64,000 nucleotides of DNA, taken from NCBI RefSeq assembly GCF_030144855.1, contig NC_082728.1, forward strand, positions 45,260,001 through 45,324,000, written 5' to 3'. The position numbers were made by a program, and so were the translations under genes. The stretch comes from Hypanus sabinus. Taxonomy: Eukaryota. The stretch's first letter is position 1; each line of letters starts with the position of its first letter. The notes under the pieces are model-generated. The model was not told the DNA's origin. It was given only the letters and a program-made list of their open reading frames with translations, and ran no database searches. Positions 24,733-36,846 of the stretch are shown one piece after another.

Positions 24733-26254
24733 CTGAAAGCAGGGGAAGCGAGATGCTCAGACCTGTGTGGCTCACCCTGGGGCAGGAGCCCCAGCACCGC
24801 AGGTGGGAGTGAACTCTGAGTTCAGAGACATGGAATGCACCGCATTACTCAGCCAAAGCTTAAGGTGATGTAATACGAAAGCAAAGGAAACTTATAAATA
24901 CATTGCATTAATCTTAGACAGTACACCTTGAAGTTATAACCATTCAGCATAGCATCACTAAATTTTCAAGCACAGAGACCCCAGCAAATGCACCATATCC
25001 TCAGGTACAGCCCCTTCTACAAAGTACTTGGATGTTGTCGCTCTTGAAAATTACACTAAAATTCAAACTCTCCTATCCCTGAAAAGGCGCACTGGTATTG
25101 TAACAGAACAAGTACGACAGATACCAAAATCTGCTCAAAATAATTCAGCACTTCTGCCAAGCTTGAAATCCGCTGTTGGATATGATCAGTGAGTTTATCT
25201 CATGCCCCTGTGGATTTACCACACCTGCCAACCAGGCCACCTGGAGGTGGAGAGGCAGCACATCGCCCTTCTACCAGAGCTGGACGTGCTCAGCTAAGCT
25301 GTGATTTTGCACTGGAAACACTCGAAGTGGAGTTTGTACCCATGTGTACGGAAGTCTGAAAATTGTATGTAATTTACTGGTGTCAGTTTGTTATCACAGT
25401 AACACACGTCTCCTGGAGGAATGCAAGAGGAAGACTGGGAGTGAGTGTGGAAAACCTGCTGAAGTCTAAAGGGATACAGGTGCAGTACTGTGTATGCAGA
25501 GTTTGCATGTGGGTGGTTTTCATGGGTCCTTGCAGCTTCTTCTGGGTCCTCAGGGTCCCCCCTCATATCCAAAATTCATTTTAGACTGTTATTGTGAATT
25601 AGTGGACATCGGTGGCAAAAGCAAAGGTTTCCAGTATATCTGATGGGAGGGCTCAGCTATTACTGGCTGATTACCTTCTGTGTTGCATTTGGATTGGATC
25701 TGTCGTACTTTTATCGTGGTCATGACATACTTGTGGTGGTCAGACACTATTATAATTGTAGTGAATAGACTGGAGCATAGCTGGGAAGTTGCCGAATCCC
25801 ATTGCTTTAGCTGCATCCAGTGTTCTGAGCTGCAACTTAGTATAAAGTGGTGTTCACAACTGGTTAATGATTAGCCCCTATGATGTTGGGCTATTCAGTA
25901 CCGCTTCAAAAGCTGCTTTGCTTTATTTCTCTCAGTTACAGCTACTGCAACCACCTGTTACTGCTGCATAAATGCTTTTCATCTTCAATCATTTTCAGTA
26001 ATACCTGTAACCTACCTTGGTAATCATTTCAGTTCTTGAGAAGAGTATGTGATGAAAACTAAGGCAGCAGCTCCCTGCATCACTGGCTGTTGACCCTCAT
26101 CAATGATAACTGAAGCTTTAGTCCAGCTCACCTATGTTAGTTCATCTTATAATATATTCAATCCCAACTGATTGAAGCAAAAACAAGTTGCTGGGAGATC
26201 ACCAAACTGACCATTGATTAAGTACCAGACCCAAAGTTACTTTTAGTGAAGTCA

Positions 26255-27505
26255 TTGCAGAGGCATAAAATGATCAGAAATGGTCAGCGGGGCTTTGTGA
26301 AAGGCAGGTCGTGCCTTACGAGCCTGATTGAATTTTTTGAGGATGTGACTAAACACATTGATGAGGGTAGAGCCATAGGTGTAGTGTATATGGATTTCAG
26401 CAAGGCATTTGACAAGATACCCAATGCAAGACTTATTCAGAAAGTGAGGAAGCATAGGATCCAAGGGGACATTGCTTTGTGGATCCAGAACTGTTTGCCC
26501 ACAGAAGGCAAAGAGTGGTTGTAGATGGGTCATATTCTGCATGGAGGTCAGTGACCAGAGGTGTGCCTCAGGGAACTGTTCTGGGACCCCTACTCTTCGT
26601 GATTTTTATAAATGACCTGAATGGAGGGATGGATGACCTGAAGTGGAGGAATGGGGCAAATTTGCTGATGACACAAAGGTTGGGGCGGTTGTGGATAGTG
26701 TGGAGGGCTGATAGAGGTTACAGTGGGACATTGATAGGATGTAAAACTGGGCTGAGAAGTGGCAGATGGAGTTCAACCCAGATAACTGTGGGGTGGTTCA
26801 TTTTGGTAGGTCAAATATGATGACAGAATATAGTACTAATGGTAAGTGTGGAGAATCAGAGGGATCTTGGGGTCTGAGTCCATAGGACACACAAAGCTGC
26901 TGCGCAGGTTGACTCTGGTAAAGAAAGCATATGGTGCATTGGCCTTCATCAATTATGGGATTGCGATTAGGAGCCAAGAGGTAATGTTGCAGCTATCTAG
27001 GACCCTGTTCAGACCCCACTTGGGGTACTGTGCTCAGTTCTGGTCACCTCACTATAGGATGGTTGTGGGAACAATAGAAAGGGTGCAGAGGAGATTTACA
27101 AGGATGTTGCCTGGATAGGGGAGCACGCCTTATGAGATTGGTTGAGTGAACTTGGCCTTTTTTCCTTGGAGCGAGGGAGGACGAGAGGAGACCTGATAGA
27201 GGTGTATAAGATGATGAGAGGCATTGATCATGTGGATAGTCAGAGGCTTTTCCCAGGGCTGAAATGGCTAGTACGAGAGGGCACAGTTTTAAGGTGCTTG
27301 GAAGTAGGTACAGAGGAGATTTCAGGGGTGATTTTTTTATGCAAGAGAGTGGTGAGTGTGTGGAATGGGCTGCCGGCAATGGTGGTGGAGGTGGATACGA
27401 TATGTTTTTTAAAGAGACTCCTAGACAGGTACTTGGAGCTCAGAAAAATAAAGGGCTGTGGGTAACCCTAACAGCTTTGTGTGCTGTAGGTTTTCTATGT
27501 TTCTA
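26255..27505 (+). mobile_element. CR1 LINE, RT domain to 3' end, frameshifted
   Basis: [31 protein letters not shown] motifs; tail ttctatgtttctatg. Confidence 0.9.
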
Positions 27506-27789
27506 TGAATCCCAAAATTAAGCTGGATGCTTAAATTAGTGACTTTGCATTAATATCCAAGTTCTGAATGAAAGGTGTCTCCGGTTGTATACACAGATGA
27601 AGTTACCACAGAACAAGATCAAGTAACTCCAAGATGAATGTGGTGTGACTCTGATCTGGGTATCACTGGTTGGAATTGGTAATGAGGAAGAGATTTTAAA
27701 GGTTAGCTTTGTTTGTTACATGTACATTGAACCATATAGAGAAATGTGTCATTTGCATCAAATCAAATTAGCAAGGATTAGTTGGGCCA

Positions 27790-28000
27790 CAAGAAAATCT
27801 GCAGATACTGGAAATCTAAAGCAACATATACAAAATGCTGGAGGAACTCAGCAAGCCCGAGAACATCTACGGAAAAAAGTAAACAGTCAAAGTTTCGGAC
27901 CAAGACCCTTCACCAGGACTGGTGCAGAGTCCTGATGAAGTGTCTTTGCCTGAATTGTTGACAATTTACTCTTTTCCATAGATGCAGCCTGTCCTGCTGA
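27790..28000. mobile_element. Head-to-head pair of Penelope terminal repeats, each with a degenerate hammerhead motif
   Basis: ...gtttcggaccaagacccttcaccaggact-ggtgcag-agtcctgatgaagtgtctttgcctgaattgttgac... Confidence 0.7.
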
Positions 28001-29095
28001 GGATTACGTTGGGCGGCCTGCAGAAGGCTGCAGGAATGGCCTCCACTAATTCAAGTAAAACAATGGGATCTTCAAATCTCATCAAAGCCCTGGACAAGAT
28101 TTGAATTCCATTCCAAGAGCTTAACCTCTGACAATACAGCAGTACCTCAATATAGGGAGGCAGGAAACGGTGTGGACTTTAGATCCATAAATTGACTTGT
28201 ATGAGAAGATTCACCAAAATGAACAAAGCTGATGCGGATGGTCATGAAAAGAGAAGTTGAGTAAGTTGTGATGGGACTGAGTTGTGCTGGAGACCAAAGG
28301 CAACATCTTCAATCTTCTCAGTATGGCTGAGAAGATATTCTGGTGGCCCTCTCATCCCTTCTCCTCCACTCCCATGCCCACATGGCCTGTCCATCACCTC
28401 TCTCTGGTTTGCCACCTCCTACCCTTTCTTCTATGATCTATTGTCCTCTCCTATCAGATTCCTTCTTCTTAAACTTACACCTCAACTACCTATAACCTCC
28501 CAGCTTCTCACATCCTGTATCTCCCCTGCCTGGCAATGCTCCGCCCACTCTCTGCATCTTTCTATCCTGGCTTCTGCCCCCTTCCTCTCCAGTACTGATG
28601 AAGGGACTCAGTCTGAAATAATCCCTCCATAGATGCTGCTCAGTTCTCAATATTTTGTGTGTTGCTCAGTTTGGCTCATACAGGGTTGGAGATGAAACTG
28701 ATTAACATAAAGGCAGTAAAGAATCAGGAGATTATGGTGCTGAGGCAGACTAACTTTTAGCCAATGTACAATTGACCCTGACCGATGTTTTTGGATGAAG
28801 TTCCCAAGCGCATGTTGTAGTATTCACTTTGTCCCGGTTTGCTGAGCTGCCCGCAATACATTGCCATGTATTGCCAGTGCCATCTTGTTGGGACTTTGCT
28901 CCCCCAGGCCTTAAAGCCAAGAACAACCAGCAACCCTCAGTTAGTGAGACTTTTTAAGCTAAAATTATGTACAAACAGCTTCTGTCCCTTACATTTAAGT
29001 CTAGTGTTTACTGAGCTTTCCACAGCACAATAAAGACCTTCTCCTGTACAGTTGGCTCCTTCGATTATTTGGCCTGTGGAACTAATGGAGTTTAC

Positions 29096-29232
29096 CTCTA
29101 GTGCTGCCTCTGACTCCTCGAGAGTTGCCTGCAGCTCCTCCTTTTCCATCTCGAGTTTCTTCTTGGACTTCTGCAGCTCATGGACACTCTTGCCTCCCTC
29201 ACCCAGCTGATCTGTCAGGTCGGTAATCTCTT
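29096..29232 (-). CDS. MYH16: MYH16-like exon (137 nt): (E)[45 protein letters not shown]
   Basis: ctgcag|AA ... GAG|gtaaac; [19 protein letters not shown] is MYH16-type. Confidence 0.95.
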
Positions 29233-29847
29233 CTGCAGAACCAATCCAGGGATACTCGTCAGCATGGAACAACACTAACAATAACAAATCAAGTTCAACG
29301 ATGCCCTTAACCTAATACAAAGAAAAGTGACACAAAAGAACTGCAGATGCTGGCAATGAGCTAAAAACTGAAAAACTCTGCAAGTCAGGCAGCATCTATA
29401 GAAGAAGAGACAGAGACTCTCTGTCATAATTGAGAAGGAGGAAACAAATTAGTCAAGTTAGTAGAGAATGCGGATAAGGATATTGGTGGGACATGGATTT
29501 TTTTGATAGGGCTAAAGGGCAATTAATTTATTTTTCTATGTAATGGGGTGATAATCTTCTAAAATCTGTGTATAGTTGTATACTCTCACCAACGTGGATA
29601 TGCCCAGCAGCTCAGGAAATCGATATTGAGGAAAAAGGTACAAGGAACAGCAGAGAACTGACACCAACCCACAAAAATCTGGGGAACACTTCACAGTAGA
29701 GTATAGTGGTGTGGAGTCTCAATATACAGGCCAACCACTGATACTGTTCAGTGGTCAGGTGTGGAAACAAGTATTATTACTAACTAGCAACATGCACAAC
29801 ACACTGGAGGAACTCAACAGGTCGGGCAGCATGCATGGAAACGAATT

Positions 29848-30507
29848 GTCAACGTTTCGGGATGAGTAAGGATGAGTACAAGAGCAAGGAAATCCTCTTG
29901 CATTTGTACAGGGCCCAGGTGAGACCACATCTCGAGTATTGTGTACAGTTTTGGTCTCCAGGGTTAAGGAAGAACATCCTGGCTGTAGAGGAAGTGCAGC
30001 GTAGATTCACGAGGTTAATTCCTGGGATGTCAGGACTGTCTTACGCAGAGTGGTTAGAGAGACTGGGCTTGTACACGCTGGAATTAAGGAGGTTGAGAGG
30101 GGATCTGATTGCAACATATAAGATTATTAAGGGATTGGACAAGATAGAGGCAGGAAATATGTTCCAGATGCTGGGAGAGTCCAGTACCAGAGGGCATGGT
30201 TTGAGAATAAGGGGTAAGTCATTTAGCACAGAGTTAAGGAAAAACTTCTTCTCCTAGAGAGTTGTGGGGGTCTGGAATGCACTGCCTCGGAAGGCAGTGC
30301 AGGCCAATACTCTGGTTGCTTTCAAGAAGGAGCTAGATAGGTATCTTATGGATAGGGGAATCAAGGGATATGCGGACAAGGCAGGAACCGGGTATTGATA
30401 GTAGAAGATCAACCATGATCTCAAAATGGCAGTGCAGGCTCGAAGGGCCGAATGGTCTACTTCTACACCTATTGTCTATTGTCTATTGAGACCCTTCATC
30501 AGGACTG
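29848..30507 (-). ncRNA. Minimal hammerhead ribozyme motif split into two halves (30487-30507 and 29848-29866) by a CR1 insertion
   Basis: Removing the insert gives cagtc CUGAUGA a ggg ucucau ccc GAAA CG UU gac: full core, stem II, palindromic stem III, guc/gac stem I. Confidence 0.65.
29873..30488 (+). mobile_element. Young CR1 LINE 3' fragment
   Basis: EYKSKEILLHLYRA...; tail (ATTGTCT)n; near-identical to 33799-34414 on the opposite strand. Confidence 0.92.
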
Positions 30508-32078
30508 AAGAGGGAGGGGGCAGGAGCCCTATAAAGAAGGTGGGAGGAGGGTGGGAAGGAGAAGGCTGGTAGGTGCCAGGTGAAAAACCAGTAAGGGGAA
30601 AGATCAAGGGGTGGGGAAGGGAAAGCAGGGCAGGAAAGGTGAAGAAGGAATGTAAGGGGAAAGCACTGTGGATAGTAGAAGGAGGTGATAGGCAGCTGGA
30701 GGAGGAGGCAGAGTGAAACTGGGATGGGGGAAGGGGGGGGAGGGAATTACCAGAAGTCGGAGAATTTAATGTTTATGCCGAGGGGCTGGAGTCTACCCAG
30801 TCAGTACATGAGGTGTTGCTCCTCCAACCTGAGTTTGGCCTCATCATGGCAGTAGAGGAGGCCAGGTATGGACATATCCGAATGGGAATGTGAAGCAGAG
30901 TTGAAGTGGGTGGCAACCGGGAGATCCTGTCTGTTGTGGACGGAGCGGAGGTGCTCGACGAAGTAGTCCCCCAATCTGCGTCGGGTCTCGCCGATGTAGA
31001 GGAGGCTGCACCAGGAGCACCGGATGCAATAGATGACCCCAACAGACTCACAAGTGAAGTGTTGCCTCACCTGGAAGGACTGTTTGGGGCCCCGAATGGT
31101 GGTAGGAGATGAGGTGTAGGGACAGGTGTAGCACCTACGCTTGCAGGGATAAGTGCCAGGTGGGAGGGATGTGTGGCCCAGGCAGTCGTGGAGGGAACGA
31201 TCCCTGCGGAAAGCAGAGAGGGGTAGAGAAGGAAAGATGCGCTTAGTGGTGGGGTCCTGTTGGAGGTGGCGGAAGTTGCGGAGGATAACGTGCTGGATCC
31301 AGAGGCTGGTGAGGTGGTGAGGACAAGGGGAACACAGTCCCTGCTGTAGTGACAGGAGGGTGGGGTGAGGGCCAAAGCGCGGGAAATGGAGGAGATGTGG
31401 GTGAGAGCATCAGTGAGAGCTGAAGGAAAACCACAATCCTTAAAGAAAGAGCATGTTTGAGATGTCCTGGAATGGAAAGACAACCTGGGAGCAGATGCGG
31501 CGGAGACAAAGGAACTGTGAATAGGGAATAGCATTTCGCACTTTGGCCCTCACCCCATCCTCCCGTCACCACAACAGGGACACAGTTGCCCTTGTCCTCA
31601 CCTACCACCCCACCAGCCTCCGGATCCAGCTCATTACCCCGACAGAGAATGCCTTGGATCTGAGGCAGATTCTAACACAGTGTGATCTTTGTCCCAGTTT
31701 GCTCTGGATTGGTAGAGGGAGCACCATGGTCAGAGTTTAGAAAGCTACACATTGAAACTTCAAGGGACGGGAGTAAGTAAAGTAGAAGGCATACAAATAC
31801 ATGGACAGTGTTAAAAATCATCTTGTATCATCAGAGGCAGGGAACCATGTGGAGAGGTGGGAAGGAATGGAGCAACAGCTGACGGTAAGGGGTGAGCGTG
31901 CAGTCCTAAACAGGTACTGAAATGTTGATGGTGGTCAGTGAGGTTATCATGAAGTTTGGTTGTCTCTGGGTCACTCCACCACATCATTCCCATGGCTAAA
32001 TATTGCCATAAAGGGTTTCAGACTGAGTTAATTTCAGGTGTCAGTCTACACTCAACAGTAATAGCACGCATGCTCACA

Positions 32079-32605
32079 CACTCAGTGGTCACTTTATTTG
32101 GTGCTCCTGTACATCTGCTCGTTAATGCTAATATCTAATCAGCCAATCAAGTGACAGCAACTCAATGCAAAAAACTTGCAGGCATGATCAATAGGTTCAA
32201 TTGCTGTTCAGACCAAACATCGGAATGGAAAAGAAATGTGACTTTGACTGTGGAATAATTGTGGTTTGAGTATCTCAGAAACTGCTGATCTCCTGGGATT
32301 TTCATGCATGAGTCTCTAGAGTTTACAGAGAACGATGCGAAAAGCAAAAAAATCAAATCCAGTGAGTGGTAATTCTGGGGGCAAAAAAGCTTTGTTAACG
32401 AAAGAGTTCAGAGAATGCCTGGACTGGCTCAGGTTGACAGGAAGGCGACAGTATTTCAAACAGCAGTGGTGTGCAGAACACCTCTGAATGCACAACGTGT
32501 TAAACCTTTAAGTGGATGTGCTGCAGCAGCAGAAGACCAGGAACATGCGCTCAGTAACCACTTTATTAGGTACGGGAGCCACTTAATAAGTGAGCTCAGA
32601 GCGTA
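32079..32605 (+). mobile_element. Tc1-like non-autonomous derivative
   Basis: Left end cactcagtggtcactttatt; transposase 5' remnant (gagtatctcagaaactgctgatctcctggg); a second copy of the end motif (tcagtaaccactttattagg) near a degenerate right end. Confidence 0.65.
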
Positions 32606-33233
32606 TATGTTGTGGGGCCCTCAATAGTAAAGTGAACAGTAAATTATGACTGATGCTTCAGTGCAAAAGAACATTTATAGGTAATTGAATCATTCTTTTC
32701 CCCATAGACATGCCAGGGAGCTGGGCATATCAGGGCTGAAGAACCTGTTACTGACATCGCAAGGCATGTGGTGCGCTGAGGTGGGCTACTCTGTATTTTA
32801 ACCTCTCTACAACAAGGTGTGGGCTTTAAGGCAGTTATCAGTTAGCTACTTGATTGCTCTGTAGTTGACATCAGATCTGACATCTCAACTTCTGCTGGAT
32901 GTAGAAAGCATGACCCAAATTAATTTGCCTCTACAGATGAGTTACATGTTGTTTTCCCTCTGCCCACTGTAAACCCTTCATATCCAGTTACAGATGCAAA
33001 AAAGCACTAACTGAATGCTGGAACGTTAGGTCTAATCTTTTTATTTATTCTGTGCACAATGCTGATGAGCAGCTAAATAAAAGAATAAGTTATCTATATA
33101 GACTTATGATTGTTAACGATACTCTTGAACATTGCCTTTTTACCCCTCTAGATTGTTTTATGTCAAACACGGAACCTTTCCACTGATGTTAATATTATGC
33201 AACTGTACCCAAACATCTTTTTCTCAAATCTAC

Positions 33234-33450
33234 CTTGGAGTGTTTTGTTCTCCCGCTTAATTGAGTCCAGCTGTTCGATCAGCTCTTCATAGGAAGTCTT
33301 CAGTTTGAAGAGCTCGGTGGCGTATTGCCGACACTCTTTCTGCGAGGACTCCAGCTCCGTCTGAATCTCCTCGCACTTCTGACGCCAGTCTGAAATCTGC
33401 TTGTCAATCATTCGTTGCTTCTTGTCAAGGGTTGCACCTGCTGCATTCGC
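33234..33450 (-). CDS. MYH16: MYH16-like exon (217 nt): [72 protein letters not shown]
   Basis: ttttctgtag|GCG ... CAAG|gtagat; SSQKECR.Y.TE and ENKTLQ are MYH16-type. Confidence 0.95.
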
Positions 33451-33798
33451 CTACAGAAAAAGGAAGAGAGTTTGAATTCATCTCATCTTTAGACATATGT
33501 TCAACACATAGAGGAAAGTGAAGATTGATGGCTTGGGTGCAGAGCAGCTTTGTGTCTCATCACAGACAATCATAAAACTTCTGACACTATTTACCGGAAA
33601 AGGGAGTGAGGTAGTCTGCTGGAAACAAGATACCTTCTAGTAAGGGTATGAATTGTTTCTGGTGTTAAAGGAATCAGTAGGAGTCAATGGGTGTGCGTGT
33701 GAGAGTGAGAGAGAAAGAAAATGGTTTGCAGAGTGAGATTAATGGGAATAGCTGAAATCCATCATAGAATGGTTTCCTACATCATTAGGGAACACAAT

Positions 33799-34926
33799 AA
33801 ATAGACAATAGACAATAGGTGCAGAAGTAGACCATTCAGCCCTTCGAGCCTGCACGGCCATTCTGAGATCATGGCTGATCATCTACTATTAATACCCGGT
33901 TCCTGCCTTGTCCGCATATCCCTTGATTCCCCTATCCATAAGATACCTACCTAGCTCCTTCTTGAAAGCATCCAGAGAATTAGCCTCCACTGCCTTCCGA
34001 GGCAGTGCATTCCAGACCCCCACAACTCTCTGGGAGAAGAAGTTTTTCCTTAACTCTGTCCTAAATGACCTACCCCTTATTCTCAAACCATGCCCTCTGG
34101 TACTGGACTCTCCCAGCATCTGGAACATATTTCCTGCCTCTATCTTGTCCAATCCCTTAATAATCTTATATGTTTCAATCAGATCCCCTCTCAATCTCCT
34201 TAATTCCAGCGTGTACAAGCCCAGTCTCTCTAACCTTTCTGCGTAAGACAGTCCGGACATCCCAGGAATTGACCTTGTGAATCTACGCTGCACTTCTTCT
34301 ACAGCCAGGATGACCTTCCTTAACCCTGGAGACCAAAACTGTACACAATACTCCAGGTGTGGTCTCACCAGGGCCCTGTACAAATGCAAGAGGATTTCCT
34401 TGCTCTTGTACTCAATTCCCATTGTAATAAAGGCCAACATTCCATTAGCCTTCTTCACTGCCTGCTGTACTTGCTCATTCACCTTCAGTGACTGATGAAC
34501 AAGGACTCCTAGATCTCTTTGTATTTCTCCCTTACCTAACTCTACACCGTTCAGATAATAATCTGCCTTCCTGTTCTTACTCCCAAAGTGGATAACCTCA
34601 CACTTATTCACATTAAACGTCATCTGCCAAGTATCTGCCCACTCATCCAGCCTATCCAAGTCACCCTGAATTCTCCTAACATCCTCATCACATGTCACAC
34701 TGCCACCCAGCTTAGTATCATCAGCAAACTTGCTGATGTTATTCTCAATGCCTTCATCTAAATCGTTGATGTAAATCGTAAAGAGCTGTGGTCCCAATAC
34801 AGAGCCCTGTGGCACCCCACCAGTCACCACCTGCCATTCCGAGAAACACCCATTCACTGCTACCCTTTGCTTTCTATCTGCCAAACAGTTTTCTATCCAT
34901 GTCAATATCTTCCCCCCAATGCCATG
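33799..34926 (-). mobile_element. Young 5'-truncated CR1 LINE with an uninterrupted ORF2 C-terminal segment (RT)
   Basis: Open ~345 codons with GVPQGSVLGP and FADD; (ATTGTCT)n tail. Confidence 0.95.
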
Positions 34927-35082
34927 TATGAGAGATAGCAGGTGAATCAAAAGGCATACAAGGAAATGCCTGTGGCCAAGGTTACTTCTCATCTCTTTGG
35001 CTGTAGAGTATATATAACCTGAGCTGCTGAGCTAACTTGCTGGACTGCTTCTGCTGGTGCGAGTCACTCTGGGGAGACCTAC

Positions 35083-35215
35083 CTTCTCCAGGTCAATGCT
35101 CAGCTCCTCCACCTCGATATGCAGCCGCTGTTTGGTTTTCTCCAAGCTGGAGCACTTGGCCTGGGCTGCTTCTGCGGCCTCTTCAGCCTCCTGTAATCGA
35201 CACGTCAGCTTCTTC
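35083..35215 (-). CDS. MYH16: MYH16-like exon (133 nt): (K)[44 protein letters not shown]
   Basis: caacag|G ... AAG|gtaggt; phase 2 in, phase 0 out. Confidence 0.95.
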
Positions 35216-35429
35216 CTGTTGGTATCCAAACATGAAAACCTTATTTTCTTTCCACTCCAAGACAATGAAAACTTTGCACAGACAGCGGCAACAGGCTACA
35301 AAGTGTTGAACAGAACCCTGCTGACACAAAACCCTCTGCCCAGGCTCTCCTAAAAACCCACTCCAACTTCAGAAATAAGCAAGACCAAGAGCAAAGACCA
35401 ACACCTCCTGGGATATTGCCCGTGGTGAC

Positions 35430-36390
35430 CCACGACGGGTAAGCCCTTGGCTTGTTGTTGTTTGTCATCTACATCAATAATTTAGATGAGAATGCAGAAG
35501 GCATGGTTAGTAAATTTGAGGGTGACACTAAAACAGGTAGTATTGTGGACAATGAAGGTTATAAAGATCACAAAAGTTTTTTGATCAGCTGAGGAAGTAG
35601 GGGAAGGAAAGGCAAATGGATTTAATTCAGTTAAGTTTGAGGAGTGGATTTTTGTAAGTTAGATCAAGGAAGGGTTTTCACATTAAAATGGCAGGACCGT
35701 GGGGATTGTTGTAGAACAGAGAAAGTTCAGGTATATTCTTCCCTTAAAGTGGAGTCACATTAGACAGGTGATAAAAAGCCCTTTGGCATACTGGCCTTCA
35801 GTAGTAGGGCAATGAATGTAGATGTTGCGAGGTCATGGTGCAGTTGTACAAGACACATCTGAAGCCATATTGTGCATGGTTTTAAACACACTGTTGCAGG
35901 AAAGATGTATTAAATTGTACAATTTGCAGGAAAAATTTGCAAGCATATTGCCAGGACTAAATTATATGGACAGCTTGAACAGGCAAGGACTTTGTTTGCT
36001 TTGAATTTAGGAGATTGAGGGGTGATCTTATAGATGTTTATACATTCATGAAGGGAACAGGCAGGATGAATGCACTCTCTCTTTTTGCCAGGGTAGGTAG
36101 TCAAGAAATAGAGAGGGTGTAGTTTAAGCTGAGAAGGGAGAGATTTAATAGGAGCTTAAGGGGTAACTTAGTCTTTCAGAGGGTGGTCAATATATGGAAT
36201 GAATTGTGAAAGGCAGAGGCTGAAGCAGGTACAATAACAAACTTTAGAAGAGTTTGACAAGTATGTAAATAGGAAAGATTTACAGGGATATGGGCCAATT
36301 ATAGACAAATAGGACTGTTTGCATGGGAATCTTGGTCAGCATAGGCCAGTTGGACTAAAGAGCCTGTTTCGTTGCTGTTTCACTCTATGA
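35430..36390 (+). mobile_element. Old CR1 LINE relic
   Basis: Degenerate RT to 3' UTR (gtcatctacatcaataatttagatgag ... cactctatgac). Confidence 0.75.
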
Positions 36391-36846
36391 CAGACCTAGC
36401 CTGAGAATGAAAAAGGAATTTCCCATAATAACATTGATTAGTTCTAGCAAGACCAATGAAGAATGGTCCTGCTTACTACGTTTTTCAGCAAGTTCTAGAG
36501 AGTCATTCATTACAGAAGTATTAGACTTCCTTCAGTTTCAATGGCTAAACTTTAGTGTGTTGCTTTAAGCCACTAAGCTCACGGACAATTGAGGTCAGTG
36601 CTTTCATTTCACTGGAACAGTTCCAAAATACAACACTAGATGGCACCTGGAGGCTACTGAAAATGGGAAGAAATTGGAGAGGAAAAAAATCTTGCAGATA
36701 TAGGAAAAAACCAGGTCCGGCAACATACATAGCGTGAGAAATACAGTTAACATTTTTGATCTTTCATTATGTTGTGAGAAGAATTCTATCAAAGCCTTTA
36801 GTATGTGGAATAAATGTTGAATCTTTGAGAATCAAAGGTTGAAAGG

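Larger units (their letters stand above)
29788..31630 (-). mobile_element. Penelope-like retroelement (GIY-YIG), 5'-truncated with a fold-back inversion, interrupted by CR1
   Basis: ORF HFTCESVGVIYCIRCSWCSLLYIGETRRRLGDYFVEHLRSV...HFNS...LEEQHL is a GIY-YIG domain with the PLE-type Cys/His motif. Terminal repeat at 29788-29866 plus 30487-30507. Confidence 0.88.

Noticed and set aside
29230-29235. NAGNAG tandem acceptor (CAG/AAG) deleting one residue
   Set aside because: The distal AAG is weak and no usage evidence is available from sequence alone.
33889-34992. 367-aa ORF as a host reverse-transcriptase gene
   Set aside because: 5'-truncated CR1; the first ~22 codons are flanking intron that happens to be in frame.
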